Shown: in pieces, positions 1 through 14,695 of the stretch
Position numbering within the stretch: the stretch's first letter is position 1
Layout of the letters: each line of letters starts with the position of its first letter
Translations under genes and position numbers: made by a program
The notes under the pieces: generated by a model
What the model saw: only the letters and a program-made list of their open reading frames with translations
Database searches by the model: none
What the model was told of the DNA's origin: nothing
Source: Antedon mediterranea
Taxonomy: Eukaryota > Animalia > Echinodermata
Assembly: GCF_964355755.1 (NCBI RefSeq)
Contig: NC_092680.1
Coordinates: forward strand, 2,294,001 to 2,358,000
Direction: 5' to 3'
DNA: 64,000 bases

Positions 1-436
1 AAAGCAAAATGTCAATGAATGTTACAAGTAAGGGGAGAGGAATCACTCTACTACCCTTGGTGACATCTTTGGTCCTACACAGAAATCTTGAAGGAGGTCA
101 ATAGCTTTATTTTTGGATAAACTACTACACAATAACTCGGTTATCATTTGAGATTAAAGAAGCTTGTTTTTTTCACGTGCCCTGTACCACGCATCTTCTC
201 CTCGCTTTTCGTATTCAATGTGGCTATTTTCAACATCTTATGTATATTTTTGCACATTTTAAAGTTTTCTTGCTTGATTTGTTTAATTGTAAATTAGTAC
301 CAACTGCAGTCGGAATCTTAACTTTCATGTTAAAAAAACAAGTTATATAAACCTGTTAATCAGACGAGGCCTAACAGACGAACGAATTACAATAGGTATA
401 CATCTTGATAACGACAAATGTAGGCAATTAGCCGGT

Positions 437-584
437 AAGCTTGGTTCCCACTAGGACGTAACACTAGGACGCAACGCAAAGACGTAACGCAACGAAAAGT
501 GATTTGACCAATCACAAGCGACGGATTATTTGAACAGTGACTCATTAGTCAATTCGCTTGCGTTGTGCGTACGTCCTTGCGTTT
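437..584. mobile_element. MITE family B (AAGCTTGGTTCCCACTAG TIR), right end lost
   Basis: Homologous to 48899-49025 (GGTTCCCACTAGGACGTAA...CCAATCACAAG). Internal ACGCAA/TTGCGT repeats. Confidence 0.75.
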
Positions 585-3500
585 GATAACTGGTAAACGT
601 TTGTTTCCAGAAAATCATAGGATGTTTTTGAATTTTTAGTGATATTATTATTGATTTTTTAAAATATTGAATATTCATAACATTTAAATGTTTAAATATC
701 AAATTGTATGATTTCTCAGAATATTATTGTAGGTCTATTAAACTAATATCTTGTAGGTGTGCACATATAATTAATATTCATGACGTGAGTTACATGTTAT
801 GAATATTCATATGCATGTTCGTTACACCTGGCTACAGGTGAGTTGCAATTAGTTTACTGGGATGAGAAAATTAATTTACAAATAAGATCAATTTTGTCGA
901 TCACATTGAGAAACTAACTGCTCAAAAAGATTGTGTTTTCCCAATATTTTTCGAAATTTTTTGAATTGCTATGATTTCTCAGAAACTGCTTATTTGTATA
1001 TATACAAATTGCTGGCATACCTATTTAATATAGGCCTATATTGAAGTAAATAATAGAAATAAATACTACACTAATCGATTTATAGTTCCCAAACTGAAAC
1101 CTCTGTGCAAATGAAGAGGTCCCGTAATGTATCCGGTGTCCCCTTCCCTTTTCTTTCTCTCTTTTTTTGTGTTAATTTGTTTCAGCATGACAGAAAGAAA
1201 CAGTGATAAAGCTACAATAAAAACCCATGGTATTAATAAGTGTTTTAACATGCCCTTAGTTGTAGATTTCCAGTATGAAGACAGTATGACAAGAAGAGTT
1301 TAGTTAGATCTGAGCTGTGGATTACGTGCCTAGATATACCCGTCAAACGTTAAATGATACGAAACAATTTGATTTATATCGAGTTCATTTCTGCATATTT
1401 ATTCAACGAGCGGGAACACAACTGTGGTTTGATTCGTCAATGAGTTGCAACCTCCTCCCTCGTTTGAATAAAACACAAAATAAGGAACATAATCTTTCCG
1501 CCAAATCTCTTAAATCTGGTTCGCGTATACATCATGTTATATACGCTTGGTTTCTAATTTGACATTGTATATAATGTAATTCGACTGAGACTGAAAAAAA
1601 TTATATGTATTGTGGTAAAGGTTTTCGCGAGTCTTTCTGACACCATACGGATTCTAGTTCATTGTTTGTGGATATTTCCTCGGTTAGCAATATAAAGGTA
1701 AAGATTACGAGAGAAATGGTGATCTGAATGTCAACGTCTGCTTCAAAGGTCAATGCTTTCCAGGACTTAATGAACATAGTGTATTACCATTACATCAAAT
1801 CCTTCTCTTGATCTTTATACACAAATACAAACATTACTACTACCGGTATATAATAACAGCTAAACAGATGTTTTCCCAGAATACTAAAGATCGATACTTG
1901 GTAACTAATAACATATTAATTATACAACACATATTGGTAGACATTTATTAAATATTGGTAGACATTTATTAATATAATATAATAATAATAATACTGTACT
2001 AATAATCTTTTTTGTTATAACTGTAGTAGTCCTGTTTTTGTTTTATCTTTCTGAGACCCGAGAAGTGATACGATTGCTCAGGTATGTGGACCACCTAATC
2101 TAAAATTTAGTTTACAATAGTTTTAACATTAAAAATGTTTCAATCAGGCACCCATCTCAAAAAGCACTGCAGTCCAAAATGTTTCCATCCACCCTCAAAT
2201 TAGCCACTCCATTTAAACTTTGACTGTCAATTTAGTAAAGGTATGATTATGATGTGGTTAATAGGGCAATACGAATAGGCCTAAATCGAAGACACATGCA
2301 TTAATGGTACTCCATACTGTACTACCTTCCATACACTACTTTCTTTCACCTTCATCTTTAAAGACATCCCGATATAGAAGTTTTGCTGAGATACATGTTA
2401 CCATTAAGTATGACCCTAACTTTTTACCCCACCTAAATATTATTATTACCATATTCTTTTTGATGACAAAGTTATTACTTTCTCTTCTAAACCCCTACAT
2501 TACGAATAATATAAACTAGGTCAATTTTGTCGGCCACCCAATTAAATTGTCTAACTAAAACCAGAAGTTACTTTTATTTCTACCTGGTAGAAATCGACAC
2601 AAGTAACACATGTCCCAATTTATAAACACATTTCTAACCATTTCGTGGTATAGGCATACGAAGTAATGATGCCTAGAATGATTTGTAAACTGCACAAAAT
2701 AGTCAAATATAGGGAGCATTGTATGTCTTCATCATCCTCGACTCATATGCCAAAGAGAAGTGTCCGTAAAAGAGTCCGAGTTACGTTTTACGCTGATATA
2801 CTTTAAGTTATGAGTGATGATTATACACAATTATATTCTAGAGTGTTGTCATATAGGCCTACTTGAATAATAAAGAGACTATAAACTAAACAGAGCATAA
2901 TATGTCAACTAAAAAGAAATTTAATGTTAACATATTTTATATTTGTATCTATTTCAATAATTATATCTTTTGATTAGCTTCTTGTTTATAATGTTGGATA
3001 TTATATTATTTGAATGGTTTTATTTGTATCGTTTTAGTTGATAGGGAGCACATCACAATATGTTTTTTGCAACTTTTGCTTTTCCTCTACATCAATGTAC
3101 AGTACTACTTTTGTACCATAGGGCTACTTGTAAGTTTTTACACCTGAATAAATTATATGTATAATTATGTAGAAAGGTTTAGGCCTAATAAACAAATAAA
3201 ATAAATAATTTCTATTTTGGATATTCAAGAGTAAAGCATAAACGATTGTAGTTTGACCTTGGTCATCTCCCAAAGGAACCGAATCTTCTATAAAATCAAG
3301 TCAAGTTTCGTAATAATTTTAAGGATAGACCTAAACAGACGATTATTTCGTTTCATTGTACAGACTAATTAGCAACGACAATGGTGATTATTCAGTTACA
3401 AACTAATAATCACCAATGTCATTCAAAATATCAACACTTATAAATTGGTATGGTCATGTGATATGGACATGTGATATGCCATACAACAGCAGAGACAGAA

Positions 3501-4744
3501 GAAAATGTCAACTTGTTGTCACCATTTTAGGTGCAAACTAGCAACCTTATACACATACCATTGTGTACATGTCCATGTAGGTTGTCCAACACAAAACGGA
3601 GCATGTATACTTATTTCAATGCAATAATCAAACATTGTTTTCGAATCTCAAACGTGTCATGAAAAATACAATTTGGGATGTCATTACCTTTATTGTGAAT
3701 GATTAAGGTTATTCAATCCACTAAAACATGTATTAAATATTAAGATTTTATCTATTTTCTATCGTTCATTTTTTATAAATAATGACGTGTATATATTTCT
3801 TTGATGGTGGACGAGCAAAGGTTGTTAAATTTGGGGAATTAATTATTTCGTTTATCATAAAACCATAATGTTGTTCGTTTGTATGTAGTTTGTTTGCTCC
3901 ACACAAATGATTGCTTTCTGGTCATCGTTTGAATCTAATTTTGGTAAGATGTCCGAATACAATATTTCTATTATTATGCCAAGTTTTAGTGTGTTTTATT
4001 TGGACCATACGTTACTTGTAGTGTGACCTGACCATTTGTTGCTTATTTATTCAATTATCATCTATATATTATCAGCGCATGCGCATTGATTGGTTATTTA
4101 TAACAATTTATCAATTATATACCACCATGATAGCAAAACAGTGATATTTAATTACATATTTATATTGGCATTATATCGACGTCTAGACTAAACAAATAAA
4201 TACATTTAGATGTCTACCGATTCCAGTCTACAATAACATCTGCATTTTATCTTATGTGTACTGGAATCATAATTTACGTATTTTCTATTCGTTATCATTT
4301 ACCTGTACAAGTCATTTCTGGGTTAAATGTATAAAATAAAAACATTTTTTAATAAATTTACGATTAAGAGCATTGATTTTGGTATTTTTGATTATTATTA
4401 TTTGAACCAAATCTCCATGACAATAACGGTGAATGTATTTGCATAATTATGATTAAACATTAGAAGAATGGGATTCGCTCATTAACCTATATAAATATTT
4501 TAATAGCCAATGGCAAAGTATAATATGTTTTGATAAGTATTCTGTCTACAAAGTGAACATTATGTTTAAAAATCAATGTTTTGATAAAGAATAATTAATA
4601 TTAAACCAAAAATAACATTGTTCTTCGGATTTTATTTGGAAATACGATTAAAAAGGTGGACATTTTAAACACACCTTAGTAGGCCTAGACGTAGGCCTAC
4701 ATAGAAAATATGTTTTGGGACTGAGGTCGCATCGTTGAGGTAAG

Positions 4745-5112
4745 ACAAGTGGACGGTGTATTTTGTTAGTAAAGACCAAAGTGGACAGTGTATTTTAGTG
4801 AAGGCTGGAGTGGAAGGTGCATGAGGCAAAAGTGGACGGTGTATGAGGCGAGAGTAGAAGGTGCATGAGGCTAGAGTGGACGACGGTTTACGAGGCGAGA
4901 GTGGACGATGCATGAGGCTAGAATAGAAGGTACATGAGGCAGAAGTGGACGGTGTATGAGGCGAGAGTGGACGGTGTATAAGGCGAGAGTGGACGGTGCA
5001 TGAGGCGAGAGTAGAAGGTGTATGAGGCAAGAGTGGACGGTTTACGAGGCGAGAGTGGACGATGCATGAGGCGAGAGTGGACGGTTTACGAGGCGAGAGT
5101 GGACGATGCATA
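4745..5112. repeat. 22-bp minisatellite (GAGGCGAGAGTGGACGGTGYAT), about 16 units
   Basis: Directly visible tandem array, decaying toward the left. Explains the 152-aa ORF 4665..5123. Confidence 0.95.
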
Positions 5113-6189
5113 AGGAATTCCACACGCCTACAAACGGATCATCCAGGGTCGGCCTATGCAATCAACTAAAATCCCCATCATTGCTCTCTGAAAGTGTGTT
5201 ACATATTATTATTTACACTCTTTCTTAAAGATAGGACCTTATTATCTCTACAATTTCCTTACAGAAAACGTCATAAACAGTGTTTTATTTACGTGTGTTT
5301 TATATGTACCAATTGTATCCCAAAACTGTGTATTTTTTCTTTGAAGAATCGAGTCGGTAGTGAAACTTTTTATTTATGCACATGTTGTTACATTGGAAAT
5401 CGAAAAGGCGAAACTTTGCTTTCATATATAGAATTCAGTTCTTTCACACATATGCCTTACATTTTTTATATACATATTTGCTAGGCTGCCTAACTTAATC
5501 TAGATTGCATTTCCGACCCATCCTTCCAAATTCCGGGCAACAACCTAAGAGGCTACATATTATTCATTTTAACTTATATGTGCTTTATATGTAATATAAT
5601 ATTAAAACAGAACACACGTGTGTCTTAGTGTAACCTATCTAATCCAGCACTACGGTATCCAATAATATTGGACATGTCAAAATATGTTACATTTGTGGTA
5701 ATATTCATACTATTTATTTTCTAAACCAACATGGTAGAATGTTTACAAATATTGCGCACACACGTATATTATCTGTGTTGCAGCATACACGAAGACACAC
5801 ACGTGATTTTCCATGTGTCTTCATGTATCATACTTTTGTTAGTGTTTCTTTTAATCCTATATTATCTTACATACTGAACATTTCAATTTCGAGTTGATAT
5901 CATGCCCTATGGCATTTTGCAGAAGCATTTGTCTTGATATTGCAAATGTAATTCTCAAAATGATGCTACGATATAACATTAAAACATCATCTTAATAACA
6001 AAATTAATACTATATTGCAAATGAATGGAAGGCACCACCGAAGCACTGTTTTGATATCAAAATCTGATGGTGGTAAGAAATGCAGGTGTAGAATTATAGA
6101 CCATGTTTAAAACAACATGTTTACAGCTGACATTGCCATCTGTTAATTAATGGCTAAAATACTAGTACTAATTTAAAGATTTATGTTCT

Positions 6190-6512
6190 TTAACTAACGA
6201 AAAATAAGACTATTATTCTACTCCGATTTGATTAAACTTGTAACAACGATAGAATAAATAGTAAATAAACCTTTGTAAACAAACTACTTTATTGTACTAA
6301 TATCCAAAGGTGTCTATATATAATCACCAAAAATATCGTATTTATGATTGGATCGCCTAACTAACGAAAAGTAAGACTACTGTGGTACTACTGTAAACTT
6401 GTAACAACGATAGAATAAATAGTAAACAAACATTTGTAAACAAACTACTGTATGTACGTGTCTACTATTTACTACATATAATCACCAAAAATATCTTATT
6501 TATGGTTTTGGA
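6190..6512. repeat. Tandem duplication of ~165 bp
   Basis: TAACTAACGAAAA...AAACTTGTAACAACGATAGAATAAATAGTAAA...ATAATCACCAAAAATATC occurs twice. Confidence 0.88.
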
Positions 6513-7506
6513 CCTAATAAATTAACCTTAATAAACAAGAAGTTTATAATACCAATTTTATTTTAGGCATATGCATTTCTATTGTCTGCATAAATACCTA
6601 CATGGTTTTAGTAAGTAGACCAGGCTGACAACTGTATGGTCAAATTTGAAACAGCTAGTTTCCACACACAAAATAATAGCATTTGAGCCTGCAGGTTGTA
6701 TAAACGTAACATTATCAGTACTGTATCAATGTAAATTCTAACAAAATATTTTATGTAAGCCGATTGTTTTCTCATTTTTCTTATCGAATTATTAAAAAAT
6801 AGTGAACAAAAAAGTATTATTTGCAGCAAAATATCGAAAAAGAATAAAAACTCACAAAGATTTTGTAGTAATGTTTAAGCCAACATTTTTAGGCCTACAG
6901 TATTTCTCCATTGTACAGTCAAGTTAAGCCTAATGGCTGACCAGTAAGAATGTCATTCGAGAGAATTGTGAATCAAATTGTAGGCCTACAGCACAGCATC
7001 AAGAACATTTTAAAACACGTATTCCACAGGAAAGAAGAATTTTCTCCACTAAAATAGTGAACCCTCTGAACTTAACATTATAGAACTACTTTTAAATTTG
7101 GCACCAATTAAAATGACATACATATGGAACTACATTTTGTAACTTCAAATAAAATTCAAATTTTAGAACAATTATCTAGATTGTTATTCTAAATATATTT
7201 TGCTTAAATTTAAAACATTTTAAGATGAAAATATCTTAATGTTCCGGTACAAAACGCATTAGGCCTAAACATAATATCTTTATGTCGTAATAAACCTGCG
7301 AAATGAATACGTATCATTTCCAGCCATTTTGACAAAACAAGTGGTGTAAACAAATAACCTAACTGAAATTATAGAAACGTAAATAATAAAAATGTATGAT
7401 CAAATAATCTTTAGAAGTACATGCGTAACTTACTACGTCTACGTGAGTATTTAAACTTTGTGCGCAAAATACACGTTGCTGAGTACGCACTAAAATGAAG
7501 TCTTAC

Positions 7507-7946
7507 CTTTTAATCTCAAAACTCTTTGATGAAAAAAAAAGCACAAATTGGAGATAAGTTTGATCGCCAAGTGTATAGAAGTACCGGTAAGATCAAGGTC
7601 GGATAGTACTTGTTCGTATCCTTCGAAGTGGTCTACGCCAATGCTAAGATTCGTAATAACTGAAGGTTTTGAAAGCGTTCTTCAGCCTAGCAAATGGGCT
7701 CCCGCTGTGTGTAGCGACAGCTAGTTGTTCCACGCCTCCTTTCGGGGTGTAGGCTGTTCGTGGCCCAACACTCAACGATGACTTAAAGCTCTTCAGTCAA
7801 ACGGTCGCATTCGTTGGTTGGAATGACTTTTGACCCGTACTTCCATGATATGTGACGAGATGTTTGGGTCGAACTATATCGTCGTCGCACAGATTTCAGT
7901 TAAAAAAATACACTGATCAACAAACTTATAAGCTACTATATTAATA
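7507..7946 (-). promoter_or_regulatory. Candidate promoter and ~410-nt non-coding first exon
   Basis: TATA-like at ~7945, Inr TCAGTG at 7916-7911, CpG-rich body, donor AAG|GTAAGA at 7506. Confidence 0.42.
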
Positions 7947-9744
7947 CCATAGTTGTATTGATATCTATATATTCAGAATAATACTTTTCTATATTCTGCC
8001 AACCTACGTTCAATGTTTTGGACATTTTCGGCCGCGCAGTCCACAAAGCACAGGTCAGTTCTATTCCCATCTGAAATGGCTATTGAATAGGTCATTGTAG
8101 TTAACCTTGCCTTTTAAATTACCCTAATATTATTCGGTTGGGTAAACCACGAAACCATATTGAAATGCAGTACAGTATGTAAATTTACACCTGACAAGTT
8201 TGTGGAATGCACAATGAATTTACCGGTACCGTTTTCTTCCACGTTCCCCTTCCCATACAAATTGTCACTAGAAATATTAATAACATTTACCCGTCAGTTC
8301 CCTCAGTTTATTTTATACTAAAACACTACTAAAAATCGGTACTGAACGAAATGTGGTGTGCATAATTTCTTTTAAAAAGTCCTCAAAGTAAATTTAATAT
8401 ATTAAATGTTTGTTTACTTAACACTATTCAAATGATATTCCTAATTCCTATCCTGTTTTAAACATTAGAACATCTGCACTTGTTCTCATCCTATTATAAC
8501 GAATACAAGATAGCCTATTCTTCTTTTAGGCTACATACTGGTTAAATAAAAACAGAGTAATGACAGTAGGAGTAATTTTACTCTTTCTTGGTAAAATTTA
8601 CTCCTTTCTGGAGTTTTTCTGGAGTTACAAACAGACCTAAAATGTTGATTAAGTGAATTAAATTGACGTCTAATTGGATTTGAACCTATACCATGAACTA
8701 ATGGTCTAATGGGTGTTTGCATGTCAATTGCAAAAAGAGTCTGGATTCCAGTTTCTGTTTTGGAGGTTTTTTTTGTACTATTGAGGATGAATGATTTTAA
8801 AGATGACTTCCTTTAAATCAAATCTTCATTATTTCAAATCATACCAACTTTAGAAATTATTTATTTTATTTATTATTATAAGTCCTCATTCATTCACATT
8901 TATTCAGAAACACATATTTACATTCCAATAAGGAAGATATAAATTAAGTCAAAGTTCAAACATTCATCAAATGCAAATTTACTTAAAACACAATAGGTAT
9001 TTCACATGTTTAGGCCTATTTATTTTTTATTCGTTTATTCATTTAACTCAAGAAACATAAATCAGAAGATCATATAAAAATGAGTAAGTTCATGTTTGGT
9101 CTTTCTTTTCATTGTGAATATTACTCTGATGATTTCTAAGGCCAAGTTCTAGAGCACTCGGCGAGAGGAACGCGAGAACAATCTGTAGGCCGACACTAAT
9201 CCATTCGTATGTGTATCAATAACAAAAACTTGGGAATTCATTCCAATTTCGATTGATTAAAGAGCTTTTCGTGATATGTTTCTAATTTAAAGTCAATATA
9301 CGTGATATGAGCCCTAACGGTTTATTAATGGTTAAAGTAATTTTACGATTAATCTGTTTTATTATATATAAAACAAATTTTACACAAAAAAATATATATC
9401 ATGTTTTACGTTCCTTTCATTATAAAATCCCGTAGATTCAATGGGTATTATCATGTCTGTACGTGACTTATACGATTTGAGAATATTTCATTTTACAAAT
9501 ACAGTAATCGGATAACACTTACCTATCATTAACACATTGTACGTAATTATTAAATTGTTTTGCGATATAAAATTATTTAAAACAACAACATTCTGTAGTT
9601 GAATGCAACGCTAAGGTAACGATAGTTAAGGCTACGCGGCCTACATTCCCAAACCATGCGTCCTTACAAGAACGGTTAAAAAATGTGTCTAAAAGAAAAG
9701 TACAACTTTATAATAAACATTTAAAATAAATAAATGTTACTTAC

Positions 9745-9890
9745 ATTCTAGAAAACTTAGTTTAGAGATCTCGTTAGATAAAGTCTGATTCGGATTAAAT
9801 ATCTCGTGTTGTGATGAGTGTAGACGATGTTGAAGTCACTGTAACGAAACTAGCATTGAGTACACCGTGCACATACACTCACGAATTATA
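9745..9890 (-). promoter_or_regulatory. Candidate promoter and short non-coding first exon
   Basis: TATAAT (9890-9885), Inr-like TCAAT (~9859), donor GTAAGT at 9744. Confidence 0.33.
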
Positions 9891-11554
9891 CTCTGTCCCA
9901 TCATAGCAATTATCACGTTTTCTTCAAAAGAAATGGAAACGATACAATAGAGTCAAAAATAGTAAGTAAGCACACCTTTCTCACACGTCACAACATTATG
10001 GATTAAACACTGAATTATTTTATAATCATATTCTTTGTTTATGATACAAATATAATTAAATTAATAATTTTAACAACTAAAAAAAAAACAAGTAAGAAAA
10101 ATATATTTATTTAACTATTCTTTATTTTAAAAAAAATCATCAACCCGTGTTATTACTCAATAAGTCAAATAAACAAATATATATACATATATCATTTGAA
10201 TAATATAAACAATACTATAATTAAGATGATTAATTAATACTTACAATATTAATTAATTAAATTAAAATAAATATTTGTTTTCATTTTTGTTGTTTATTCA
10301 GAAATCTATTTTTTAAAATTTGGTTAATGACATCAAAATATTACCTTTTATTTCGTTAATGGTTTGCTTATTATATTGAGGTCTACTTCGTTAAAAACTT
10401 TTACACCGATTATAAACTATCGTTTGTCGACAAGGAAACCAAAGGTGGAAAGAACACATAGAGGTGCATTTATTAGGGTCAGGCTACACCCTCTATAACA
10501 GGCAGGTTGTCACCTTTGATAAAAGGTGATATCTAAAAAAATGGTATAGATTATAATGGTGCTGCATGTAAAGTACTTATAATTATGAATGATTTCTCTA
10601 GAGTGGTGGGGAAAAGTCAGTTTATTATGTGAAACTTATGATGTACCGTTATACAAGTATAAATATATGTATTGTATATAGGAGTATTTAACCTGTGTGT
10701 ATAAAATCAGTATAATAGTATATAATATTATAGTACAGTAGGTTTCATATTTTTTAATATAATTTTCAAACACTGATACATAGGCGTAAAGCCATAGATT
10801 TGATTATATTTTTAAATAACGTTTATGCTGTACGGTTTTACCGAATTTCCTGTAAACATGCGAGCGTAGAGTTGGTATAAAAAGGTTAATGTACGACTTT
10901 TGATTAACCAGGATATGTATTTCATCAACTTAGAAAGTTATTTTGTAAAAATTTTACTTTTCTCTGATACCGGATGTGCATGTAACTTTATTTATGCATT
11001 CTGGTGTAAAACTGTGAACACTCTGATCTAAAATGTACAGATATTGTCTCGCGTACCACTCGCGTTTAAAATTCGTGCACCACGCGATATGAACATCTTC
11101 CAAATTGCACAAAATATGTAAGTTTTGCTAACTAAACAGTACAATCTCAGTCTTTATTGGCATTTTCCTTTCTATAAAAAAAAACTTCCCTATAAATAAA
11201 TATATATGCAAAATTTTGACGTAGATCATAATGATGAAGTGCTATTGATATTGTAATGTTCTTTAATTGATGACTAGTAGGCCTCATAAGATGTTTTTTA
11301 TTTGTTTGGGAGTGGGGAGGGTGAGGGTGGAGGGTGATATTTTTGGATACATATGGTAATACAGGCCAGTAATATATTTATTTAAATAAACAAAGTTATT
11401 ATTTTCGATTTATTCTTAATTGTTCATTTTATTTAATTTTAATTCATTTTATTTCATTTTATTTCACTTTACTAATAACTTAAATAAAGTGGAGGAGCTT
11501 AAATGAAAGCAGAGCTTTAAGTTCTTACTCCAATGGACCCTTTGTGTTACAAAT

Positions 11555-11730
11555 GTAACATCCTTGTTGCTTGTGTTTGCAAACATATGTTCTATAACTC
11601 CAAAATGTATTGCAGATGGAGAAGCATTCTATATACTTCAGTTTAGAGTTTAAGATTTTTCTTTTTCTGTTTATAAGTTTATTAATATGGATGATATTTG
11701 CGAAAGAAATCGAAATTGAATTGAATTGAA
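11555..11730 (+). mobile_element. Short 3' fragment of the same LINE
   Basis: Aligns by eye with 57687-57870. (AATTG)3 tail. Confidence 0.82.
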
Positions 11731-12104
11731 CTGTGTCTTTAATAAACACGCGCTAAGACGTGATTAAAGTTTTTCAAATTCCAATTTACTTCTTTTTTTT
11801 TAGAGATTATAGTTTTGTTGGCTTTTGATATTGAACGTAATACACAATGAACTGACAGGTAGACGAGGTGATGGACAGATGTAAGCCTGTGACCAAGATG
11901 GACAAACATTCAATTCTATTGATTCCATAACACGTATATTAGGCATTATCTTGACGATTTAATGAAGAAAAGTGTCAAATACACACCTGGAACATTCACG
12001 AGAAAATAGCAATAAAAAATAATGCAAACGATATGTGTGTTTATAAACAATTATCCATATTAAAGCTACCAAAGTTTCTTAATAAATCTCTTGATCTTGA
12101 TTAG

Positions 12105-12530
12105 AGACCACTTCTCGGATGTGAACACATTTAACGTCATCAATAAACACATTAACCAATCAATCAATTTCTTTTATTTCGGAAAAATGTCATCCATATC
12201 AACAAAAAAAGAAAAAAGAAAATTCGCAAACTCTAAGCTTAAATATATAGGATACTTCTCTCCATCTACAATACATTTTTGAGTTATAGAGCATATGTTT
12301 GCAAACACAAGCAACAAGAATATTACAACTATTCAATATGTGACAACATTTAAGACCACTTCTCGGATGTGAACCAGTTTGACGTCATCAATGAACACAT
12401 TAACACATGACGACATTCAAAGACCACTTCTCGGATGTGAACCCTCTCGAACATCAATAAATACAACGACAGAAAATGTATAACATTAAAGACCATTTCT
12501 CGATTTAGCCTAATCTTGACGTCATTAATC
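12105..12530. repeat. ~68-bp tandem repeat, 4 units, first unit split by a LINE fragment
   Basis: AGACCA(C/T)TTCTCG at ~12105, 12353, 12421 and 12490. Confidence 0.82.
12156..12341 (-). mobile_element. Short 3' fragment of the same LINE, inverted
   Basis: Reverse complement matches CTTGTTGCTTGTGTTTGCAAACATATG...GTAGATGGAGA. (ATTG)n tail. Confidence 0.8.
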
Positions 12531-14535
12531 AAATTCTAAAGACAAAATCATTACCACACTGTCGTAAATAAACCGATATTATGCCCTTTAATTGTTTGTA
12601 AAAAAAAACCTTTTGAGGCAAATAAATGATTGGTGGATACAACAGTATGAGTATAATGTTATTCTACAATATAATCAATTACGACACTGTAATTAAGTAG
12701 ATCTATATTGAGTTTTTTTTTTCAAAAACACTCGGAAAACCGTGAGGTGAGAAATTGAGGTTCAGATCAGCCAAGTATTTAAAAACCTATACTTAACTCA
12801 AGAAGGGATTTAGTTGTTGTAAGCGGGATCAAGAGATATAAGGTAAATACACCGCGACATCAAGTCGCGTGTATACAGCACGTCGTCTTTCAACATCGGT
12901 ACGTGTCCAAGAATTATATCTAATGTAAATAATGTATACAAATATATTGATCAATTTATTATTTCTATTTTATCTGTATTCAGTCTTTAATTTTAGTTAA
13001 TATTTTATTGGTGTTACTAATAATTTCTAAAGAGTCCTTTATATCTTACCAATATTATTACTATCAGACCAGATCACTTGAAATCTACAGGTATATACAT
13101 AATGATAACATAATAATTAATATTAAACTATTCAAAAGGTATTTTAAAATGTATTAGAGTGTACCAGTATTTATATTATGCAATAATAAAGTATTTAATT
13201 CTGATACTTTTGAAAAATTGCCTAATAAAACGACAAAGTTGAAAGTATAATAATAACTGGCTACAAAAAGAAGTACGATGAAGTATAAACAATAATTTGG
13301 TTTTAAACTGTAAAGATACTTTACCAAAATAAAATTATCTTATAATGCAACCTTTTGATGTTAAACTTATTTTAAGCTATATCTACACGCTCTTTTTTCT
13401 ATTAGAGTTACATACACCCAAACTTGTTCTAAGTTTAAATGTTGGCCTACCCCTAATAGCCTACACCAGAGTTATATCGGAGTTAACGAGACATGGAGGT
13501 AGGCCTTTAGGAAAATTAACCGATCTCACAAGCACTTTACGTCGGATGTAACTCTGATATGATTGCGATCAGCTTAAATCCGTTTTAACTGGAGTGCGTG
13601 TGAACACCGTGTTTGCATTATGTTATCACACCATGTAACAAAGTTAACGCATGCATAACAATAAACTTTATATACGCGAACGTAAACTTTACGCTTGGCT
13701 ACTACTCAGTGTATAACTATAATCTTAATGTTGAAGTGGCTTGTTGAGGATGTTAACGCACTTCGGTTGAAGAAAACATTTTGAAACGTGTTTTTCTGTC
13801 TGTTCGATATTGTGTAGGCATTAACTTTTAAATATTTTTTTTTAGTTAAAAGTACTTTGTAATTAACGAGATTGTACTATATACCAATTCAATACATTTT
13901 ATCGTCAGTAGAGTTTCAACAAAAGTGTGTACATTAAAAGTTCTTAATTTGATTTTTTCATAAACGTTTTACACAAAAATGATTCCTTATTGATGGTGCG
14001 CTGCGCTAAATTCAAGTTCGTGTGTGTATGTATATAATTATGATAGGCGCTCTCTTTGTATCTAGTCGTTTATAAACGGAATGTGCGAAATTTTAATAAA
14101 AAAAGTACAGTTTTATTTCTACATAGATTATCTTGTGTCCTAAATACGGGTTAATGACATAAATGTTGCGGAAAATCTAAAACTTAAATGAGTAGGTAAA
14201 ACGGTAATATCGACATTTTGCATTACAGCGATCGATCATTTGCATTAAATGGGGTAGGGATCAATCAATAACCCGACTAGGTAGCCTAACTTCACTAAAT
14301 CTATAACACATAAAAATTAATAAAAAGGTGTTTTTAATCCTTAATCATGTGACGATGGTTGTCACAACCGTATACCCCTTATCACCGTCATCCTCTACTT
14401 CGCGTAACTTCACATCTTTAGGTCATCATTAACATCAATACCATATTTCATATCACCATCATCAACTATTATCAACTATCAACATTAATATCTGCATCAT
14501 TTTATTTAATATCATCCTTATCAATTATCATCTTA

Positions 14536-14695
14536 AGCTCTGTCTAAACTATCAAACGTTATGTGACAAAAAATGTGATTTGCCCATATATAGACATGAT
14601 GATGTCATATCACTACCATATTTGGATATATCACTAGCATTTTGAACACATCACACGTTTGTTTGTCAAACTAGTTTGATAGTGTAGACAGAGCT
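14536..14695. mobile_element. PIF/Harbinger (Tourist-like) MITE family A, full-length 160 bp
   Basis: TIR AGCTCTGTCTA(C/A)ACTATCAAAC...GTTTGATAGTGTAGACAGAGCT with TTA on both flanks. Internal CATATCACTACCATATTTGG repeats. Confidence 0.9.

Noticed and set aside
4665-5123. 152-aa repetitive ORF
   Set aside because: It is the reading of a 22-bp minisatellite (3 units = 22 aa), with no splice or homology support.
8531-8850. Possible NUMT or viral coding fragment
   Set aside because: No mitochondrial or viral protein recognisable in any frame, including with TGA read as Trp.
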